A program made the translations under genes and the position numbers. Below are positions 14,223 to 26,596 of a stretch of DNA of 64,000 nt, in pieces. Source of the stretch: Mobula hypostoma. Taxonomy: Eukaryota. The first letter of the stretch is position 1. Each line of letters opens with the position of its first letter. Where the stretch lies: the NCBI RefSeq assembly GCF_963921235.1, contig NC_086097.1, positions 199,766,001 to 199,830,000 of the forward strand, read 5' to 3'. The notes below the pieces were generated by a model. That model saw nothing but the letters and a program-made list of their open reading frames with translations, was not told where the DNA came from and made no database searches.

Positions 14223-14987
14223 AAGTGGATTCTGGTGAATTGAGACTGATCAGATCTAGTATATTTTGGCCCAGTTAACCAAAGTTTAATTGAAATAGTG
14301 GAAAAGGTTTTTTTTTAAAAAGACAAGCTAATTGACAAATTGTGTATTTAAAGAAATACAGAACAAATTAGAACACGACCAATGGTACTACAGTACTATA
14401 AAACTATGTATTGGTTCCTGATAGTTATTAACGGAGGAATTCAATACAATGAACAAAATCAGTGCAGACACTTAGTGCAGATAATGCATTGTCTTCATAT
14501 AATGCTTTCAATGGTTACATCCTAATCTTCATTTTCATTGCAACATTCAAGATCATTTATTGATACCTTAATTCTTCGTAGCTCCTAACTTGATGTTGCA
14601 GCGAGATCATTTCATTTTCACTACTGGACTTTTTTTAGCATTTCCAAGCCTGAATGCTTGAAAGTGCAGTGAGCAAAACAGTTCTGAATTGACTTGTTGC
14701 TTATTTTTCATCAGCTTTCAGTGATAAAAATCACTAATTTTTTTAAACACAAACACACACTGGCACTATTTAAATACTGTTTGCTTTAAGAATGGTGTAG
14801 CGTCTATCGACCATTATGCGCGTAACTGAAGCTAGTTAGAACCTGTTCAGCAAGTCTCGTGCCCCAGTTAAGCCTCATAGTGTCACAAATAAACAGAGAA
14901 TCCCAATTATTTTCTTGATTTGTTTTTGTTCTGTAAGAGTTGTACCAAATAAGATTAACCAATGGCCCAATTAAATGGAATCCACTG
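14223..14987. mobile_element. Non-autonomous pogo/Tigger-like DNA transposon remnant
   Basis: Imperfect terminal inverted repeats: TA|aagtggattctggtgaattgag at left and cccaattaaatggaatccactg at right; no transposase ORF. Confidence 0.55.
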
Positions 14988-15226
14988 AACTTGTATTATA
15001 CTCCATAATCCCTTTTCTCTGAAAGGGCAAAGAATACCAGCCTGTGTTGTTGCTTTCCACGTATCCCTCCATCTCATCAAGCCAGTGAACCTCCTGTGAA
15101 CCTTTTGCAAGGTTTTTGCATTGATGCTTCTTACGACGTAGAAGGATGTCATTTGGCACACGGGATGCATGTCCACTCGGCATTGAGTAATCCAAGAGTC
15201 CTATTGTCCCTTTTGTATTCCTGTAA

Positions 15227-15265
15227 TTCTCTCTCGCTCTCTCTCGCGCTCGCTCTCTCACTCGC
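15227..15265. repeat. Imperfect (CT)n microsatellite
   Basis: ttctctctcgctctctctcgcgctcgctctctcactcgc. Confidence 0.8.
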
Positions 15266-16190
15266 ACCTTTTGATATTTTTTGCCTTTTATCTACACCAG
15301 GAGAGAATAATAGTAGCAAATTAACCACCCAGGGCAGCCCTATGATGTGGGGGGAAATGGTGAACCTTCATGGTGAATTTTTCAAATTATTTACCATTAT
15401 TAGAGATGCTAAAATGCATTGAATATAAACAAATAGTGGGACGAATGTTCCAACGTGCATGCACAAATCTGAAAACCTACATATCATTGAGAGCATTTGA
15501 AAGGCACTACACTTGCCCTACTTTACTTTCTAGAATTAGATCCATCGAACTTGTTGAGCTAGAAACAAGTAATTAATAAAGCTTACCTTTTAAACACATT
15601 TTTTTGTGAATCTTGCTCTCCATTTTCTTTGTGCTATATACGCTCTGCTGTCCCAAGTGTATGTTAAGGTAATAGACGTCCACCATTACTGCTGTTTTTT
15701 AACAGTCTCTTGAGATTTTCCCACAGTTTTTTTTATCCTCTGTTTCATCCAATATATTGAACACCCAGCATGTAATGACCCCCTTGCAATGCTATAGTAA
15801 GTACTTAAAATATTTAAAACTAGTCTGTAGAGCTGTAACAATATCTACACAATTGCTATGACTGGTCTCTACTCCTTTTAATTTGTTTTCTGTCCTGACT
15901 ATGTCGCAGTTCCTACCCGTGTTTGCAGTTAGTGTCTTCTATAGTCCCTTTTTCATAACCTATATTACAGCTGTAACTTGCCATACTTCTTCACTAGTTC
16001 CCTTATTAGCCCACATGCAAACCATGATGCTGCTGTGATCTTCTCCTGTTAATTCCTGCTCTATTCTTTTGATGCAGTTATTCTACTTTCCTTGCTGCTT
16101 GAATTGTGTGCACCTGGTATTGCTACTGCTGTTGGTGATCCACCCTCACCAGTTTGTTTAAAGCTTGTTTATTTTTATGTATTTCTGCAG

Positions 16191-16267
16191 GAGTATGTGG
16201 CTGCTGTGGCGCATTGCGCCCAAGATACAAACGCCTGGTTGATAACATTTTCCCTGAAGATCCAAAA
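16191..16267 (+). CDS. EFR3A: EFR3 homolog A, coding exon 2 (77 bp; GVCGCCGALRPRYKRLVDNIFPEDPK)
   Basis: ttctgcAG acceptor and GTaagt donor; encodes the EFR3 N-terminal Cys-rich palmitoylation segment and ALRPRYKRLVDNIFPEDP. Confidence 0.95.
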
Positions 16268-16369
16268 GTAAGTCAATCTTTACTTGCTGAATTTTTTTTC
16301 AATCAAAAATGCTTAACCTAATCACAACTTCCTGGAATGGTTCTGGAGGACTGAAAAATCGCAAGTGGC

Positions 16370-16822
16370 ACTCCATTCTTGACTGGCTGTATCACAGCTT
16401 GGGGTATGGAAATACCAATGCTCTTGAACAGAAGATCCTACAAAAAGTAGTGGATATGGCCCTGTCCTTCACCATTGAGCACATCTACATGGAGTGTTTC
16501 ATCACAGGAAATCAGCATCCATCATCAAGGACCTCCACCGCTAATTTCCCGTCCACATCGCTGAACTGTTCCCACGATCTACAGACTTATTTTCAAGGAC
16601 TCTTCACCTCATGTCCTCAATACTTACTGTTTGTTGGTTTATTTATTGATCATTATTATTTTTTTTTTCTTTTCATATTTGCAGTTTGTTGTTTTTGTAC
16701 ACTGGTTGCCATATTACTGTGTCTTTCATTGATTCTGTTATGGTTATTGGATTTATTGAATATGCCTGCAAAAAAAATTCAGTGCTGTACAGTATATGGT
16801 GACAAGTATGTACTTTGATAAT
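16370..16822 (+). mobile_element. Rex1/Babar LINE 3' fragment, decayed
   Basis: SIL.GCITAW.YGN...LQKVVD.A...SIIKD remnants shared with the other Rex1 copies. Confidence 0.65.
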
Positions 16823-16854
16823 TTGAAGGGAGGGAGGCAGAAGAAAGGAAATTA

Positions 16855-18500
16855 TAGTTTGGGAAGATGTTGGTGTCCATTATTAAGGATGAGGTTTTGG
16901 GGAACTTGGAGGCACATGGTAACATAGGCCAAAGTCAGTATGGTCTCCTTTAAGGGTAACCGTTACCTGACAAATCTGTTGGAATTCTTTGAGGAGATAA
17001 CAGGGAAGATAGACAAGCAATGGATGTTGTTTACTTGGATTTTCAGAAGATCTTTGACAAGGTGCAACTGCTTAACAAGGTAAGAGCCCATGATATTACA
17101 GGAAAAATCCTAACATTTAGAAGGTTGGCTGACTGATAGGAGGCAAAGAGTGGGAATAAAGGGGCCCTTTTCGGTTGGCTACCAGTGACTAGTGGTGTTT
17201 CGCAGGGAGTGGTGTTGGGACGGCTTCTTTTCATGTTATATGTGAATGATTTGGATGCTGGAATTGATAGCTTTGTGGCCAAGTTCGCAGAAGTTACAAA
17301 AATAGGTGGAGGGGCAGGTAGTGTTGAGGAAGCAGGAAGTCTGCAGAAGGACTTGACAGATTGGGAGAATAGGAAAAGAAATGGCAGATGGAATATAGTG
17401 TCAGGAAGTTTATGGTCATATACTTTAGTAGAAGGAATAAAAGTGTAGGTTGTTTTCTGAAGGGAGAGATCACTCAGACATCAGACATGCAAAGGGACTT
17501 GGGAGCCCTGGTGCAGGATTTCCTAAAAGTTATCTTGCAGGTCGAGTCTGGTAAGGAAGACAAGTACAATGTTAGTATTCATTGTGAGGAGACTAGAATA
17601 TGGTTTTGGTCAGACCGCATGGACTGTTGTGAGCAGTTTTGGGCTCTTTCTCTTAGAAAAGACATGTTGGCCTTGGTGAGGTTCCAGAGGAGGTTCATGA
17701 GAATGATTCTGGGAATAAAAGGGTTAACATGTGAGGAAAGTTTGATGGCTCTGGGCCTGAATTCGCTAGAGTTTAGAAGAATGAGTGGGGATCTCATTGA
17801 AAACTCTCAAATATTGAAAGGTCTGGACAGAGGATGCTGTCTAAGTTGCATGCCATCTTGGTCAATGTCTCCCATCCACTACGTAATCTACTGGGTGGGC
17901 ACAGGAGTACATTCAGCCAGAGACTCATTCCTCCAAGATGCAGCACAGAGCGTCATAGGATGTCATTCCTGCCTGTGGCCATCAAACTATCAAACTTTAC
18001 AACTCCTCCCTTGGAGGGTCAGACACCCTGTGCCGATAGGCTGGTCCTGGACTTATTTCATAATTTACTGGCATAATTTACATATTTAATTTACATTTAA
18101 CTATTTATGGTTCTATGACTATTTATTATTTATGGTGCAACTGTAACGAAAACCAATTTCCCCCTGGGATCAATAAAGTATGACTATGACTACTATGTTT
18201 CCTATAGTGGGTGAGTCTAAGACCAGAGGGCACAGCCTTAGACTAGAGGGACTTTAATTTAGAACAGAGAAGAGGAAGAACTTCTTTAGCTAGAGGGTAG
18301 AAAATCTGTAGAATTCATTGCTGCAGGTGGCTGTGGGGGCCAGGTCATTTAAATTGGAGGTTTATAGGTTCTTGATTTATCAGTGTGTCAAAGGTTTCAG
18401 GGAGAATGGATTGAGAAGGACAATAAATCAGTCATTATGGAATGGTGGAGCAGACTAAACAGGTCAAATGGCCTAAATCTGCTTCTATTTCTTATGGTTT
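16855..18500 (+). mobile_element. CR1 LINE RT-to-3' UTR fragment, interrupted by a Rex1-like insertion
   Basis: TSGVSQGVVLG, FVAKFAEVTKIGG and RFQRRFMRMILG; resumes at atgtttcctatagtggg (~18196) after the insertion. Confidence 0.85.
17837..18194 (+). mobile_element. Rex1/Babar-like LINE 3' end nested in CR1
   Basis: ORF 17834-18076 SHPL...RLIPPRCSTERHRMSFLPVAIKL; ends in caataaag plus a (tgacta)n tail. Confidence 0.75.
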
Positions 18501-18721
18501 AATCCAAAAGACATATAATGTAAATTAGTAAACTAACCAAATTCTGTCCATTTTTTACTTCGCTGGGACTAATTTAATAATTGATATACTAGAAAAAAAT
18601 GTTCATATAAGTCATTGTAGGAAACTTGTGCGAATTGTCCAGTGGTCCAATCTAACTTAACCTAAGTATTATAGATTATTAGCCATAGATTACATCTATT
18701 AATGCTTCAGATTATCAATGC

Positions 18722-20740
18722 CAAAGTAAAATTTATTATCCGAGTATATACACGTCACTACATACAATCCTGAGATCCTTTCCTGCGGGCATACTTAGCA
18801 AATCAATAGAATAGTAACTGTAAATAAGATCAATAGACAACAAACTTTGCAAATGCCGATATAAATAAATATCAATAAATAAGGAGCATGAAATAACAAG
18901 ATAAGAGTTCTTAAATGAGTATTGTTATCCCCTTTTGTTCAAGAGCCTGATGATTGAGGGGTAGTAACTGTTTCTGGACCAGGTGGTGTGAATCCTGAGG
19001 CATTTGGACTTTCTACCTGATGGCAGCAGTGAGAAAAGAGCATGGGCCTGGGTGGTGAGGATCTTTGATAATGGATGCTTCTTTCCTGTGGCGATGTTTC
19101 ATGTTGATGTGCTCAGTGGTTGAGTGGGTTTTACCCGTAATGTACTGGGCCAAATCCACTACCTTTTTGTATGATACTTATGCTCAAAGGCACTGGTGTT
19201 CCCCTACCAGACAGTAATACAGCCAGTCAACACAGTTTCCACCACACATCTATAGAAGTTTGCTGAGGTTTTTGATGACATGCCAAATCTCCCCAGACTC
19301 CTGAGGAAGTAGAGGCAATGTTGTGCTTTCTTTACAATTATATTTATATGATAGGGCCAGTACACACCCAGGAATTTAAAGTAACTGGGCCTCTCCACCT
19401 CTGATCCTCCGATGATCATGGACCTCTGGTTTCCCTGTTCTGAAGTCTACAATTTGTTTCTTGATTTTGTCGACATTGAGTGAGAGGTTGTTGTTGGTAC
19501 ACCACTCAGTCAAATTTTCAATCCCTCTCCTGTATGTGATTCATCACCACCTTTGATACAGCCCACAACAGGTCGATGGTGTTGGAGCTGTGCTTGGCCA
19601 CAGAGTCATAAGTGTAAAGCAAGTAGAGCAGGGGGTACACATCCTTGCTATGCTGCTGGACATTGTGGAGCAGATGATTTTGCCTACTGGGGCTGACTAA
19701 GGTCTACAAGTGAGGAAATCCAGGATCCAGTTGCATACAGGGATATTGAGGACCAAGTCTTGGAGTTTACTGATTAGTTTTGAGGGGATGATGGTGTTAA
19801 ATGCTGAGCTGTAATCGATAAAGAGCATCCTGATGTATGTATCCTTACTGTCCAGATGTTAGAGGGTTATGTACAGAACCAATGAGATAGCAACAGGTCT
19901 ATAGCAGATGCTTTGGTAGGTGAATTAGAGTGGATCCAACATGCCACTCAGACAGGAGTGATATACTTCAACAGCAGCCTCTCAAAACACTTCATCATTG
20001 TGGATAACACGCACAAAAAGTGCTGGTGAACGCAGCAGGCCAGGCAGCATTATAGGGAGAGGTACAGTCGACGTTTCCACCAGCATTTTGTGTATGTTGC
20101 TTGAATTTCCAGCATCTGCAGATTTCCTGGTGATCATTGTGGATACAAGCGCAACTGGGTGATAGTCATTTAGACAGGTTACCACGCTGTTTTTGGACAC
20201 CGGTACGACTGAAGCCTAATTGAAGCAGGTGGATACCACACACTGCCAGAGTGAGAGATTGAAGATATCAGCCAGTTGGTCAACACAGGTCTTCAGTACT
20301 CGGCCAGGTACTCTGCCCAGACTGGATGCTTTCCGTAGATTCACTCTCTTGAAGGCAGTGCACATGACATCTTCAGTTACTGAGACCAAAGGATTATTGG
20401 AAGACATGGGGGTGTGTGAGGGTTCCTCCCCATTCTGATGGTCAAAGCAAGCTTAGAAGGCATTACACTGATCTGGAAGTGAAGCTCTGCTGACCCCTAT
20501 GTTGCAAGATTTAACTTAATAGGAGGTTATGGCATTCAAATCCTGCCACAGCTGTCAAGCATCCCTCATTGATTCCAGTTTAGTCCGAATCTCCAATATG
20601 TCCATGAGATGGCTTTCCGGAGATCATACCTGTAGCACTTGTAGCTTTCTTGGTCTCTAGACTTGAATGCCTCCGATCTGGCTCTCAGCAGATTCCGGAC
20701 TTCGTTGTTCATCCTGGGCTTCTGATTAGGGAAAACCCTG
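18722..20740 (-). mobile_element. Rex1/Babar LINE, decayed
   Basis: AFKRVNLRKASSLG.VPGRVLKTC.DQLADIFNLSL, VTCLNDYHPVAL and FKFLGV...KKAQHCLYFLRSL. Confidence 0.9.
20007..20132. mobile_element. Penelope-derived mini-insertion with inverted ends and 13-bp TSD
   Basis: atcattgtggata is duplicated at 19994-20006 and 20133-20145; the insert is a reverse pLTR tail fused to a forward tail. Confidence 0.75.
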
Positions 20741-20904
20741 AAATGTTAGTCAATGATATTTTAACATTTTTGGAGCAGTAGGGGTGAACTTTGCCTTCAG
20801 ATGTAGGAAAATGCCTCTCCATCTCCAGGATTAGTGAGAGAAATTACAATAGTGGGAAAATAAATACAATCTGTGAATACACAACAGAGAATAATAACCT
20901 TTGC

Positions 20905-21050
20905 AGCACACTTAAAATGCTGGAGGAACTCAACAGGCCAGGCAGCATCTATGGATAAAAATACAGTTGACATTTCGGGACAGAACCCTTTGCAGGTCCT
21001 GCATTTTGTGTGTGTTGCTTAGATTTCCAGCTTCTGCAGAATTTCTCTTG
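20905..21050. mobile_element. Penelope-derived mini-insertion (inverted tail plus forward tail)
   Basis: Same architecture as 20007-20132; degenerate flanking repeat aataataacct / aacaatgacct. Confidence 0.65.
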
Positions 21051-21404
21051 TTAACAATGACCTCTATTATACTTGTCAAAATGTTTGAAATAGTTCATTG
21101 TACTGATTGAAATTGCCCTTCAATGTTGCTTCATGATTGGTATCGATCTTGTGAGTTATTTCAATGGAAATAATACTGTTCATTACTGGTTCTTACTAAC
21201 TGGATTGTTAGATGTTAAGTTAAAATTTGCTACTTGAAGGAAATCTTGTTTATCACTTCAATTATATAGTTATTGCAGGATGAAGTTGGTATCCCGATGT
21301 ACAATCATTCTGCTCATTTAATAGCTTTGCACTTCAGCTATTTTGCTGAATGATCTAATTGAGCGCTGAATGTCCAAAGAGCATTGTAGGGCTAAGAGAA
21401 TTAG

Positions 21405-21945
21405 GATCATAGTCAGGTTTGTTATCACTAACATATTTCTTGAAATTTGGTGTTTTGTGGGAACAGTACAGTGCAAGACGTAAACATTTACCATAAAATC
21501 ACAAGAACAAATAGTGCAGAAGAGGAATAGTGAGGTAGTATTCATGGTCCATTCAGAAATCTGATGGCAGAGGGGGGAAAATGTTCATTGTGGGTCGTTA
21601 GGTTCCTGTAACTCCTCGCCGACATTAGCAATGAAAAGAAGGTGTGTCCCAGATGATGTGGGGTCTTGGTAATGGATGTTGCCGGTTTGAGGCTCTGCCA
21701 TTTATAGATATCGTCGGAGGTGGGCGGGTTGTGTCCATGATGGAGCTGTCTGAGTCTACAGTTGTCTACAGCCTTCTGCACATTGGAGCCGCTATACCAG
21801 GCAGTGAGGCAACCAATCAGAATGCTCTCCACTGTATATCTGCAGAGATTTGCTTGGGTCTTTGTTGACATACCAAGTTTCCTCAAACTCCTAATGAAGT
21901 ATAACTGCTGGTGTACTGCCTTCATCATTGTATCAATGTGCTATT
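21405..21945 (-). mobile_element. Rex1/Babar LINE 3' fragment
   Basis: ORF 21542-21928 KAVHQQLYFIRSLRKLG...ESILIGCLTAWY...FPPSAIRFLN. Confidence 0.85.
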
Positions 21946-22214
21946 CAAAGGGCAGAATGGATTGATGGAGAATGCATTCCAAATACCGGTCAGAAACTGG
22001 GTAATGAAGGATACCATACAATATAAATTCCAGCAGAGATCCTGTGTCAGGTAGTTGAAGGCATCTGTTTCTTTAAAATACCTTATGGTGGTAGCTGTAT
22101 CAATTGCTGGGGAAATGCATTCTATGTATCAAACATTGAGGGAGAATTAGAAATATGCTAAATAATGCTGTCATGTCAGTGCCTACTCTACAACGAAGAC
22201 TTGTGTTTCAAACA

Positions 22215-24512
22215 AGTAAGACCAGAAGACCATAAGATAAAGGAGCTGAAGTAGGCCATTCGGCCCATCGAGTCTGCTCCACCATTTTATCATGAGCTGA
22301 TCCATTTTATCCTATTCAGTCCCACTGCCCCGCCTTCTCACCATAACCTTTGATGCCCTGGCTACTCGGATACCTATCAATCTCTGCCTTAAATACACCC
22401 AATGACTTGGCCTCCACTGCTGCCCGTGGCAACAAATTCCATAGATTCACCACCCTCTGACTAAAAAAATTCCTTCGCATTTCCGTTCTGAAAGGGCGCC
22501 CTTCAATCCTGAAGTCATGCCCTCTCGTACTAGACTCCCCCCATCATGGGAAACAACTTTGCCACATCCACTCTGTCCATGCCTTTTAACATTCGAAATG
22601 TTTCTATGAGGTCTCCCCTCATTCTTCTAAACTCCAAGGAATACTGTCCAAGAGCGGACAAACGTTCCTCATATGTTAACCCTCTCATTCCCAGAATCAT
22701 TCTAGTGAATCTTCTCTGTACCTTCTCCAACGTCAGCACATCCTTTCTTAAATAAGGAGACCAAAACTGCCCACAGTACTCCAAGTGAGGTCTCATCAGC
22801 ACCTTACAGAGCCTCAACATCACATCCCTGCTCCTATACTCTATTCCTCTAGAAATGAATGCCAACATTGCATTCGCCTTCTTCACTACTGACTCAACCT
22901 GGAGGTTAACTTTAAGGGAATCCTGTACGAGGACTCCCAAGTCCCGTTGCATCTCAGAACTTTGAATTCTTTCCCCATTTAAATAATAGTCTGCCCGTTT
23001 ATTTTTTCTGCCAAAGTGCATAACCATACACCTTCCAACATTGTACTTCATTTGCCACTTCTCTGCCCATTCTTCCAATCTATCCAAGTCTCTCTGCAGA
23101 CTCTCCGTTTCCTCAGCACTACCGGCCCCTCCACCTATCTTCGTATCGTCAGCAAACTTAGCCACAAAGCCATCTATTCCATAATCCAAATCGTTGATGT
23201 ACAATGTAAAACGAAGCGGCCCCAACACGGACCCCTGTGGAACACCACTGGTAATCGGCAGCCAACCAGAATAGGATCCCTTTATTCCCACTCTCTGTTT
23301 CCTGCCAATCAGCCAACGCTCTATCCACATATGTAACTTTCCTGTAATTCCATGGCTCTTATCTTGTTAAGTAGCCTCATGTGTGGCACCTTGTCAAAGG
23401 CCTTCTGAAAATCCAAATATACAACATCCACTGCATCTCCCTTGTCTAGACTACTTGTAATTTCCTCAAAAAATTGTAATAGGTTTGTCAGGCAGGATTT
23501 TCCTTTAAGGAATCCATTCTAAGTTCTGCCTATCTTGTCATATGCCTCCAGGTACTCTGTAACCTCATCCTTGACAATCGACTCCAACAACTTCCCAACC
23601 ACCGACGTCAAGCTAACAGGTCTATAATTTCCTTTTTGCTTCCTTGCCCCCTTCTTAAATAGTGGAGTGACATTTGCAATCTTCCAGTCTTCTGGAACCA
23701 TGCCAGAATCTTATCGACTTTTGAAAGATCATCGCTAATGCCTCCGCAATCTCCACAGCTACTTCCTTCAGAACACGAGGGTGCATTCCATCTGGTCCAG
23801 GAGATTTATCGACCTTTAGCCTATTCAGCTTCCTGAGTACTTTCTCTGTCGTAATTGTGACTGCGCACACTTCTCTTCCCTGCCACCCATGAGTGTCCGG
23901 TATCCTGCTGTCTTCCTCAGTGAAGACTGATGCAAAATACTTGTTCAGTTCCTCTGCCATCTCCTCATCTCCCATTACAATTTCTCCAGTATCATTTTCT
24001 ATCAGTCCTATATCTACTCTCACCTGTCTTTTACTCTTTATATACTTGAAAAAGCTTTTAGTATCCTCTTTGATATTATTTGCTAGTTTCCTTTCATAGT
24101 TAATCTTTTCTCTCTCAATGACCTTCTTGGTTTCCTTTTGTAAGGTTTTAAAAATTTCCCAATCCTCTGTCTTCCCATTAATTTTTGCTTCCTTGTATGC
24201 CCCCTCCTTTGCTTTAACTTTGGCTTTGACTTCTCTTGTCAACCACAGTTGCATCCTTTTTCCTCTCGAAAATTTCTTCTTTTTTGGAATATACCTGTCT
24301 TGCACATTCCTCATTTCTCGCATAAACTCCAGCTACTGCTGCTCTGCCGTCTTTCCTGCCAGTGTCTCTTTCCAGTCAACTTTGGCCAGTTCCTCTCTCA
24401 TGCCACTGTAAATTCCTTTACTCCACTGAAACACCGACACATCAGATTTCGGCTTCTCTTTTTCTAATTTCACAGTGAACTCAATCATGTTATGATCACT
24501 GCCTCCTAAGGG
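22215..24512 (-). mobile_element. Relatively young 5'-truncated CR1 LINE (ORF2 with few disruptions)
   Basis: ORFs 23655-24323, 23519-23701 and 22530-23330 contain DKSPGPDGMHPRVLKE, NYRPVSLTSVVGK, SGVPQGSVLGP and FADDTK; (taagacca)n tail at 22215-22240. Confidence 0.95.
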
Positions 24513-24659
24513 TACTGTATCTATTCTTCAATTTTTTTATTTGACTTAGTGAAAACTGGCAAATGAGTTGTATTTGAAATAGACTGCCAATTGAATTGAT
24601 TTCCATTAAATGAGTTGGATTGAACCTTTCTATTGTTGATAGTTGATTCTAAATCAATT

Positions 24660-25010
24660 CAAGCTGAAGTTTATTGTTATCTGACTGTGCGTATATACAA
24701 CCAAATGAAACCACGTTCCTCTGATCCACGGTGTACCCACAATATATATCACACACAGTACAGAAAGTAAAATATTATACTATAAATAAGTTAACAAAAT
24801 ATTCAAAATGTATGTAGTAAAGCACAGCATAGGTAAACAGTACAATAAACAGCTCGCTGTCCTATTGATGAGAGCATGGTGGTGACAGGGTATTCATTAG
24901 TCTCACAGCCTGAAGGAAGAAGCTGTTACCCAGTCTGGCAATTCTAGTCCTGATGCTCCTGCACCTCCTATCTGTCTGTAGTGGATCAAAGAGACTGTGG
25001 GATGGATGCT
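24660..25010 (-). mobile_element. Rex1/Babar-like 3' end fragment
   Basis: Minus strand ...NSFFLQAVRLMN plus a 3' UTR resembling the other Rex1 copies. Confidence 0.6.
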
Positions 25011-25797
25011 AGGCAGAAACAATTGCCCCTTAAAAAGAAATTGGTGGAATGGAAGTATACATACCAAGAGGTAAATGAATATAAACATTGTTTGTTTGGA
25101 GAGCTGTTCTTTGAACAATATGGCTTCTAAGCAGATTTTTTTTTTGCCATTTATGAATGTGTTACAGATCAAGGAGTATAATACCACCTAATGGTCAAAA
25201 TTGTAAATACGGCTAGAATGCATGGAGAGCAAAAATACTGTTGCCTATACCATGAATATAAATCTATAGATGGGGCTTTATTCTTAAATATTATTGTGTT
25301 ATGTATGCCTTTTATATTTGAGATTCAAGGAAATAAGATTAATGAATAGATTAAACCGTGCCACTGAGTGAATTATTGCAGATTTTGAGTACAAAGATGT
25401 CTTTGCTTTCTCCCCAGAGGAAAAGCATTTGTTTTTTGAATTTTAAAACTGAATTCTTGCTTTTATAAAATAAATAAATCTAGTGGTGCGAGATATTTTG
25501 TCTTTCTGTTTTTGTAACAAAGATTTTATAATGCAGAGCATGAATTGTACATGAATTCATGAATTTGTAATGTACAACATTTGATGCTTGAACATTTGGT
25601 TGAAGTATGTTGTTGATTAGGAAGAGTAGAAGTTATGTCCGGGAAGGCTGGCTGGGAGCACCAATGCTATATGATTATTATCCTGACAAGTACATGATTT
25701 GGTTTCAGTAATAATATATGGGGAGGAAAAATTCAATGCGTAACAGCATTGTAAGGGGAAAGAATGCTTCTTAACTTACTCAATACTTTCTAACTAG

Positions 25798-25925
25798 GAT
25801 GGTCTTGTGAAGGCTGACATGGAGAAGTTGACGTTTTATGCAGTTTCAGCACCAGACAAATTGGATCGAATCGGAAAGTACCTTGCAGAAAGGCTCAGTC
25901 GGGATGTTATCAGGCATAGATACGG
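25798..25925 (+). CDS. EFR3A: EFR3 homolog A, coding exon 3 (128 bp; DGLVKADMEKLTFYAVSAPDKLDRIGKYLAERLSRDVIRHRYG)
   Basis: ctaactAG acceptor and GTaagt donor; in frame with exon 2; conserved EFR3 motif MEKLTFYA.SAP.KLDRIG. Confidence 0.96.
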
Positions 25926-26596
25926 GTAAGTAACTATTAATATTTTAAAACTGCATTGTCACTTATTTCAATGTGTTACTTACTTAAAAAGTGATTCAAG
26001 TGACAATGGGACTTAAATTACCTAGACAATTCCAAGACCAAATGGATCATGAGCTTTTTGATTTTGGTCACATCACACCTTGTATGTGTAGATAAAGATG
26101 GCATGGGTGTTGACCTATTAGGAACAGCAGGCAGATAATCCTGGAGTACCCCATAATCCATATTGCCCATTAAGAGATTTTGCCTTTTCCAGTTAGAATT
26201 ATAGTACGGCACCACGATTGGCTCAACTCCATGGAAGGAACAGAAGAAGAGTGTGAAGACAATAGTGAGGGGTATAGATAGACATTTCTTTGGCTGTTGA
26301 AATGATTCCAATGTGGTATGTTGTTGTCTTGTTGCCAGCATATATGCAAAGCAGCCTGAAGGGGGAGGGTGATGATGCAGAAGTAATGGTACTGATATAG
26401 GAGTGATGAGGTCCTGTGAGAGATTTTGGGGAGATGAGAGGTTTAAAGAAAACACTGGCAAATTTTTAGAGGTTTTGAGAGCGTACTTATTGCCACATGG
26501 CAGTTAAGATCGGAAATCACAAATTAAATTGTGGTTGGAGAGATGAAGCAGGAGGGTGGACCTATAGACACTGGAATCTCTACTGGGGCAGGTAGT

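Noticed and set aside
1..16190. EFR3A first coding exon or promoter
   Set aside because: No CpG island or convincing short ATG exon found; probably upstream of the window, though a ~10-bp coding exon could be missed by eye
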